From a virus (lineage: Duplodnaviria; Caudoviricetes): a stretch of 30,075 bases of DNA. A model generated the notes under the pieces. It was not told the origin of the DNA, made no database searches, and was given only the letters and a program-made list of their open reading frames with translations. The stretch lies in the IMG/VR virus record IMGVR_UViG_3300023214_000082, positions 1 through 30,075 of that record. One strand, given 5' to 3'. Below, piece after piece: positions 24,629 through 30,075 of this stretch. The translations under genes were made by a program, and so were the position numbers. Position 1 is the first letter of the stretch; each line of letters starts with the position of its first letter.

Positions 24629-25396
24629 TCAGTCGGTAATCTGAACCTCGCCCTTCGCAGCCGAAGCAGCGAACTTCTGACGTTCGTCAGGCCGCATGGA
24701 TTCGAACTGCTCACGGGTTACGGTTCGGCGGCCACCGCTATCAACGGGGCCGGAGCCCGAACCGCTCTGACCGGAGCCCTTGAGGATGCGGTCACGGTGC
24801 GGATACTGCGAGACGATCTTTTCCAGCGCCTCATCAAAGTTCGCCACGTCGCCAGGATTGGAGTCCGAGTAAATTGGATTGCCATTCTGATCGACGGGGC
24901 TGATGCGCCCGTTGTCGAACTTGAAGTGACGACCAAACGTGGCCTGAGCCATGTCCGGCGGGATCGCCAGCTTTTCGGTGACGAACTTCGAGCCTGAAAA
25001 CGCAGCGTTGATCTTCTCTCCTGCATACTGCTGTTGTAGTTCGTCGGCTTGCTTCTTGGCTTCTTCAAGCTGCTTCTGATACGCCTGCGCGGTCTCCTGC
25101 TTCACGCGCTCGACTTCGCCCGCGTCGATCAGCTTCTTGTCGTCCAGATTCTTGAGCGTCTTGATGGCCTGTTGCGCTTTTTCAGGGTCGATGCCCTCAA
25201 ACGCCTTGACCTTTGACTCAAGCTCCTCCTTGGCCTCTCTGTGGCCTTGTGCCTCACGATTCAGTTTGCCGATGGTCTGGTGCATCGCGGGCGCATCGTA
25301 GGCGGTTTCCTTTCCGTCATCGTCAACATAGACGGGCTTCCCGTCTTTGATTTCGGCGTAGGTCTTGCCCTCAATTTCAACGGTCTTCAGTTTCAT
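24629..25396 (-). CDS. Capsid scaffolding protein (DUF6651-like)
   Basis: DGKPVYVDDDGKE, coiled coil, LIDAGEVE, IYS..NPG..ANFDEALE..YPHRDRILK and a Gly/Ser tail. Located between portal and capsid. Confidence 0.85.
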   Translation of the reverse strand: MKLKTVEIEGKTYAEIKDGKPVYVDDDGKETAYDAPAMHQTIGKLNREAQGHREAKEELESKVKAFEGIDPEKAQQAIKTLKNLDDKKLIDAGEVERVKQETAQAYQKQLEEAKKQADELQQQYAGEKINAAFSGSKFVTEKLAIPPDMAQATFGRHFKFDNGRISPVDQNGNPIYSDSNPGDVANFDEALEKIVSQYPHRDRILKGSGQSGSGSGPVDSGGRRTVTREQFESMRPDERQKFAASAAKGEVQITD

Positions 25397-25401
25397 GATT
25401 T

Positions 25402-25435
25402 ACCTCATCCAAGGTTTGCTGTTACCCATCCGGGC
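25402..25435 (-). promoter_or_regulatory. Two GGAU-tetraloop hairpins in the scaffold leader, the second sequestering the SD
   Basis: Minus strand GCCC-GGAT-GGGT (25435-25424) and ACCTT-GGAT-GAGGT (25415-25402), whose 3' arm is the SD. Confidence 0.7.
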
Positions 25436-25437
25436 AG

Positions 25438-26859
25438 TTACTCATCGCCTCCGGGGATTTCGAGAAACAGCCGCTCCTCAACTTCCCTTTCGGCGGTGAA
25501 CTCGGGGCTCAACACCCCACGTCGCTTGAACTCCTCCCAAAGCGTGATTTGCGAAATGTCGCCAAGCTCTCGCATCTTGAGCAGGCGTTCAAGCGGGTTT
25601 TCATCCTGGTCATCAATGCCGAAGTCAGTGAACACTCTGACCTCCGGCTCGAAGTCGATGCCCAGCCACATGGCCGTCAACTTCAGAGCGTTTTCCAGCG
25701 CATCCTTTAGCTCCATGGCCCACGCCTGAACCGCGCTGTTCCCCTTAGCGGCTGCAAAGGCGGTTGTAATCACAGTTAGATTGCCGCTTTGCGCGGTCAA
25801 TGGCTGGCGTCCAATCTCTCTGAGCTCTTTAGCCGTCTGCTTTACGTCTTCGGCCAGGAACCGGAGCGTATCGGCGTTGGTGACGATCCATTCCCATGCG
25901 CCGTGATTGCCGTCCGCATTGGGCGGCGCGTACAAAACAGCCTGCGGGCCAACGGGTACAGGCTGAGGCGTACCGTCTGCATTCGTCTCCGGCTGAACCC
26001 CGTTACCGGCCAACATTGGGAAACAGGTCAGCGTCTTGATGTGCTTCAGGGCGGTTTCCTGCTGGTATAGCTCGATCTGCAAATCGACCGCATCTTTCAT
26101 CGGCGGGTAGAATTGCCACTTGGCACCCTTACGCCTTCCGGTAATGAACGGCACCATCGGGATTACTCCGATAGTGATGCGCCCCTCATCAACAATTGTC
26201 CAGATATCATCCTTGCCCTCTTCCTCGACGAACCAGGACACGTTGTCGCCTTCGCGAACGAATGTCTTGACCCGGCCCTTTTCTTCAAGAATCTTGGCCT
26301 TGATTAGTTGCTCACGGCCTTGGATCACCTCGGACTCGACCCAGATAACCCGGTCGGCAGGGATGTGAACCCAGTACGGCCTTACTCCGGCTTGGCGTTC
26401 ATCCTCGACAGTGCGCAGCCCATCGGCGCGTGTGTAATCGACCAGAATCCAGTCCAGTGCGTTATTGATGCCGCTGAAAAACGTCTCTGCCGCGAATACG
26501 TGGAGATGATTCCCTCTGCCGTCAATATCCTCTAGGAGCTCGAAAAGACGCTCCGGCGCATCCTCATTTGCAAGCGTCAACTCATGGGCGAATGGCTTTT
26601 GCGCCAAGCCCTCGACGATATCCCGGTAAACATTGGTGTACTTGGCGGTCTTGAGCCGGAGATCGTAATCCTTGCGCGTCTCGTTCGGGAACTTAGGCAG
26701 ATAGCGCTCACCAGCGCGGATGATCGCATCACGCCCCTCGACAACATCCGAAACCTTGCCCCAAAACTCGGACATGGCTTGCCAGTCAGCATCAGGCGTG
26801 TCCGGCTGCTCCTTCTCCGGGTCTCCCCGGCGAAATAGGTTAGTCAATTTGTTCGCCAT
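25438..26859 (-). CDS. Portal protein (DUF4055-like)
   Basis: 473 aa, directly after terL. Motifs AGERYLPK..E...Y..RL, DIDGRGN.L, ILVDY and RPYWV; C-terminal GDISQITLWEEFKRRGVL. Confidence 0.9.
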   Translation of the reverse strand: MANKLTNLFRRGDPEKEQPDTPDADWQAMSEFWGKVSDVVEGRDAIIRAGERYLPKFPNETRKDYDLRLKTAKYTNVYRDIVEGLAQKPFAHELTLANEDAPERLFELLEDIDGRGNHLHVFAAETFFSGINNALDWILVDYTRADGLRTVEDERQAGVRPYWVHIPADRVIWVESEVIQGREQLIKAKILEEKGRVKTFVREGDNVSWFVEEEGKDDIWTIVDEGRITIGVIPMVPFITGRRKGAKWQFYPPMKDAVDLQIELYQQETALKHIKTLTCFPMLAGNGVQPETNADGTPQPVPVGPQAVLYAPPNADGNHGAWEWIVTNADTLRFLAEDVKQTAKELREIGRQPLTAQSGNLTVITTAFAAAKGNSAVQAWAMELKDALENALKLTAMWLGIDFEPEVRVFTDFGIDDQDENPLERLLKMRELGDISQITLWEEFKRRGVLSPEFTAEREVEERLFLEIPGGDE

Positions 26860-26862
26860 GCT

Positions 26863-29295
26863 TTACTGGTTCCCATAGGTCCCGAATAGCGGGGTTGGCT
26901 CGGCTCTCGACAGTCGATTAAATGAGCCACTAGCCGCATCAATCTGATCCTTGAATTTCCCGACCGGGAATGACTTGTGTTCGTCGATATAAGCCTGGTT
27001 CCAGTCGGCCTTCAGTAGCTTTACGTTGCCGGCCTCTACCTGCACCGAGTACGGCTCAGCCCTTACAGCCTTATCGCCCGTTGCCCGTTCGGCCTTGCAG
27101 GTGAAGCCAGCTAGATTCTTGATCGTGGCCTCGGCTGATTCTTTCCCGCCGGAGCCGGGTTCCTGTTCGATCCATATCTTGACCTCACGGCCATCGGATT
27201 CGGCAGTCTGCCTGATTACAGCCTCTCGCCTTGGCGCTGCCCACTGCCCGCGAACAACATCCAATACGATGTATTCACCATCTTTCGTCCGGGCCATCTT
27301 GACGCCGGCCGTCCATGCTCCGCCATCTTCTGTGCCGGCCTTGTCCCAATAGCGAATGACCTTCGCCAGCTTCGGCACAGCCTGGACAATTTGCAGCTTC
27401 TCCCAATCAAAGAAACCGCCAGACCTTGGGGCCGGCCGCTGTTGCATTTGACCGGAATAGGCGTAAGTGCCCATGATCTTTTTGTCCCGGTCCACCACCT
27501 CCTGCGGAAAGCGCTCGGGAAACAGTAGCTCGCCTTCCTCTGTCCGTGGATCTTCAAACCCGATCCCGGTGACGCACTTTCTGCCCCGCTCGAATTCCAT
27601 CGGCAGGCACAGGTGCTCATACCCGTAATCGTTCTCCAGGATCAGCCCGGACACGTCGCGCTCGTGCAGCCGCTGCATGATAATCACAATGGCTGATCTA
27701 TCTGGATTGTTCAGGCGCGTCGGTAGCGTCTCCTGAAATACCCGGAGCGCTGTTTCTCGGTGTGCGTCTGATATGGCGGATTCAACGCTGTGCGGGTCGT
27801 CCCACAGCACCCTGTCACCACGCTTGCCCGTCATGGACTTGACCGGGCAGCTTTGCCGCCATCCGGTCTGGTCGTTCTCGAAATAGGTCTTTGCGTTCTG
27901 ATCGCCGATCAGGCCAATCGGCCATCGTTCCTGATACCAGTCGGACTGAATCAGGTGGCGCATTCGGCGATTATCTCGGGTCGCCAGTCCTTCCTCATGG
28001 CTTGCACCGATGATCCGAGTAGCGGGAAGCCCTTTCGGTCCCCACTCCCAAGCCGGCCAGAAAACGCCGCACAGCATGGAGTTGTGTGTTGGCACAAGCG
28101 ACTTGCCCGCAAGGTACACACCGCCTTCAACTTGGATGCACTTTACCTTCCGGTTACCTACACCCTCTAGTTTCTTAAGATACCGGCAAAACGTTCTCGG
28201 GTTATCGCTTTGCCTTACCTTGTCCTGCTTTCTTTGCAGTCTGAAAACACGAACCCCTTTGGGGGGAACAAAAGAAACTTTGTAATGTGGCCCGTAACGC
28301 TTTCCGTTGAGAGTGGTGTATCGGCTCTTTATGAACGGCTTTGCGCCAAGCATTGCCGCAAGCTCATAAACCGCATCCGCTAGTTTCTTGTTTTTGTTTG
28401 TGAACTCCGCAATCCCGTTCGGCGCTACATGCCCGTCCGTGTCAAGAAGCCCCTGAAGCAGGGCCAATCTATCCTCGGCTGATGCCAGTAGGTAGTTATC
28501 TGGGACATGCTTGTTTCCCAATAGCCCCGCGGCCCTAAGCGCGGACTGCAATCCGTCAACCCGGATTCTATGGAAGTCTTGGTTTCTTGTTCCCCCCGCT
28601 TTCGTTGTGTGGCTCAATTCTCCGAGATGCGCAAGCGCCTCATAATCCTCATCTGCGCAATAGATGCACCCTGATTTAGTTGCGCCATCACCAAGCCACA
28701 CCCCGAGAAGGTATGGATCAATCAGCAGCCCCCTCTTCGGCTGGTAGATCTCATTCGAGACCGGTATTCGATCAGGCCGGTCTCCATAAATCAAGTCTCG
28801 CGTCTCAACCGTCACTGACCTGCGCACCCGCTTCCACCCGGTGGATGAGTCGCAACAATCGCGCTCAACCACCCACTCATGCGCAGCGCCCGCTTCGATG
28901 GAGCTGCCGTCATCAAAATCCAGCCGATATGATGGCTCCATAACTTCCGGCGTGACGGCCAGTACCCGCTTGGGGCACCCATCGCGCCCGAAAACATAAT
29001 CACCCGCGCAAAGATCGCCGTGACGCTTCCAGCCGTCTAGCGTCAAAATTGGCACATTCTCGTCTAGAGCTTTCATGGTTCCCGGCGGAACGTTCACAAG
29101 CAGCCGGGAAATATCCCCGGACGTGACCGCTTCCAGGTGCTCGGCTATGGCGTCAATGTGCCAACCGTGGATAAACGGCTGCCCCGGCTCCAATACCGGC
29201 CAGGCCATCTTGACGAATTCCGACAGGCTCCGGGCGCATAGCTCGCGCTCGATATTCAGCCAGTCTTCATTCGTCAGCTTCGGAACTGCGGGCAT
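26863..29295 (-). CDS. terL: Terminase large subunit precursor containing an intein (about 480 aa after splicing)
   Basis: Walker A NVPPGTMK|S, Walker B VLWDDPH, IVIIMQRLH, and nuclease motifs RYWDKAG and KDQIDA. Confidence 0.95.
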   Translation of the reverse strand: MPAVPKLTNEDWLNIERELCARSLSEFVKMAWPVLEPGQPFIHGWHIDAIAEHLEAVTSGDISRLLVNVPPGTMKALDENVPILTLDGWKRHGDLCAGDYVFGRDGCPKRVLAVTPEVMEPSYRLDFDDGSSIEAGAAHEWVVERDCCDSSTGWKRVRRSVTVETRDLIYGDRPDRIPVSNEIYQPKRGLLIDPYLLGVWLGDGATKSGCIYCADEDYEALAHLGELSHTTKAGGTRNQDFHRIRVDGLQSALRAAGLLGNKHVPDNYLLASAEDRLALLQGLLDTDGHVAPNGIAEFTNKNKKLADAVYELAAMLGAKPFIKSRYTTLNGKRYGPHYKVSFVPPKGVRVFRLQRKQDKVRQSDNPRTFCRYLKKLEGVGNRKVKCIQVEGGVYLAGKSLVPTHNSMLCGVFWPAWEWGPKGLPATRIIGASHEEGLATRDNRRMRHLIQSDWYQERWPIGLIGDQNAKTYFENDQTGWRQSCPVKSMTGKRGDRVLWDDPHSVESAISDAHRETALRVFQETLPTRLNNPDRSAIVIIMQRLHERDVSGLILENDYGYEHLCLPMEFERGRKCVTGIGFEDPRTEEGELLFPERFPQEVVDRDKKIMGTYAYSGQMQQRPAPRSGGFFDWEKLQIVQAVPKLAKVIRYWDKAGTEDGGAWTAGVKMARTKDGEYIVLDVVRGQWAAPRREAVIRQTAESDGREVKIWIEQEPGSGGKESAEATIKNLAGFTCKAERATGDKAVRAEPYSVQVEAGNVKLLKADWNQAYIDEHKSFPVGKFKDQIDAASGSFNRLSRAEPTPLFGTYGNQ
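28081..29070 (-). mobile_element. 330-aa intein with LAGLIDADG endonuclease, Ala-1 and WCT triad (class 3 type)
   Basis: Starts ALDENVPILT after Lys75 and ends VPTHN before Ser. Block B HEW, block F VKCIQV. LAGLIDADG helices LLGVWLGDG and LLQGLLDTDG. Confidence 0.92.
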
Positions 29296-29785
29296 TGAGC
29301 AGCTCCTTTAATGCTCCGGTGCTCAGTTTCGCGGCATCGACGGTTGCCGTCTGTATCGGTCCGCCATCCTTGCCGGTGATTTCGTGGTTCTGTTTGTCTC
29401 GCCATTCGTCCGGTCGGCGATTCTTGAGCCAAAACAACGCGGCCGTGGTGTCCGGCGCGTGCTTCGCGATGTACTTCGCGTAAACGGGCTCTTCTGCCCC
29501 AGCCGGCATGAAAATCTTGACCTCTTCCTGCTCATACCCGACCGCCTTGCGGTACAGGCTATTGACGACGCGTTCGTCAGCCGCTTCCTTGCCCGCCTTT
29601 AGGGACTGACAAAAAGACTCATGGCGTTGCGCCCATCGGTAGATTGTGCGGCCGCTGACCCCGAAAAAATCAGCCAGCTCAAGGTCTGTTGCACCAAGCT
29701 CGCACAGCTTTCTGGCCTGTTCATCAAACTCGGGCTTGTACGCAGACGGCCGGCCTTTCTTCGCCACTTTCTTCTTAGCTGCCAT
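29267..29785 (-). CDS. terS: Terminase small subunit
   Basis: GRPSAY, HTH LADFFGVSGRTIYRW and PDTTAALFWLKNRRPDEWRDK. Overlaps the terL start. Confidence 0.9.
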   Translation of the reverse strand: MAAKKKVAKKGRPSAYKPEFDEQARKLCELGATDLELADFFGVSGRTIYRWAQRHESFCQSLKAGKEAADERVVNSLYRKAVGYEQEEVKIFMPAGAEEPVYAKYIAKHAPDTTAALFWLKNRRPDEWRDKQNHEITGKDGGPIQTATVDAAKLSTGALKELLNARSSEADE

Positions 29786-30074
29786 CCAACAGACTCCTAG
29801 CCGACTTCATCGCCACCCTCCACCAGCCCGCACAGATCATGCACTGCGGCCGGATAATGGCCGGGCCTAGTTCGGTCTCCGTCCTGTATGCGCCCCGGAT
29901 CCCCTTTGCTCGGGTTGGCCGGTTTGCGCTGATTTCCATAATCTTGCCATATCTGCCGAAAACGTGGAGCGCGCCATCATCCCAAATCGCCCGGCACTTG
30001 CTCACAGTCTGATCCTTGCCCCTGGTGGTAGCAATTACGATAGACGCGGCGCGGAAGTCGATCCTTTGCCGGCC
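29775..30074 (-). CDS. Hypothetical protein, possibly 5'-truncated by the window edge
   Basis: The frame of the track ORF 29775..30005 stays open to the window end (GRQRIDFRAASIVIATTRGKDQTVSKCRA...). It overlaps the terS start. Confidence 0.5.
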   Translation of the reverse strand, partial: GRQRIDFRAASIVIATTRGKDQTVSKCRAIWDDGALHVFGRYGKIMEISANRPTRAKGIRGAYRTETELGPAIIRPQCMICAGWWRVAMKSARSLLDGS

Positions 30075-30075
30075 A

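Noticed and set aside
1-30075. tRNA, rRNA, integrase, att sites, lysis genes
   Set aside because: None was recognisable by eye, and the intergenic gaps are short. Lysis and replication genes probably lie outside the window.

Overview
The window is an internal segment of a tailed dsDNA phage genome of siphovirus type, probably with a proteobacterial host (inference). From the right end, the minus strand carries a long late operon. It begins with terS, terL (interrupted in its Walker A motif by a 330-aa Ala-start, class 3-type LAGLIDADG intein), portal and scaffold, followed by an antisense HNH endonuclease and a P22-coat-like major capsid. Next come head-completion genes, a collagen-containing fibre cassette, and MuF-like and HK97 gp10-like genes. 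A translationally coupled block of four glycosyltransferase-like genes follows, then the tail terminator, tail tube, tail chaperone with a -1 frameshift, tape measure and tail-tip genes. The left end has back-to-back sigma70 promoters. One drives a leaderless Cro-like gene and a GIY-YIG fusion protein leftward; the other drives an ERF/YqaJ/SSB recombination operon with a 22-aa-repeat protein rightward. No cI, integrase, tRNA or CRISPR is visible. The best candidate for a novel system is a virion-glycosylation module with a Maf/CstII-like, two GT-A and one GT-B transferase. Paired GGAU-loop hairpins also precede both the scaffold and capsid genes. All family calls come from motif recognition by eye, not database searches.
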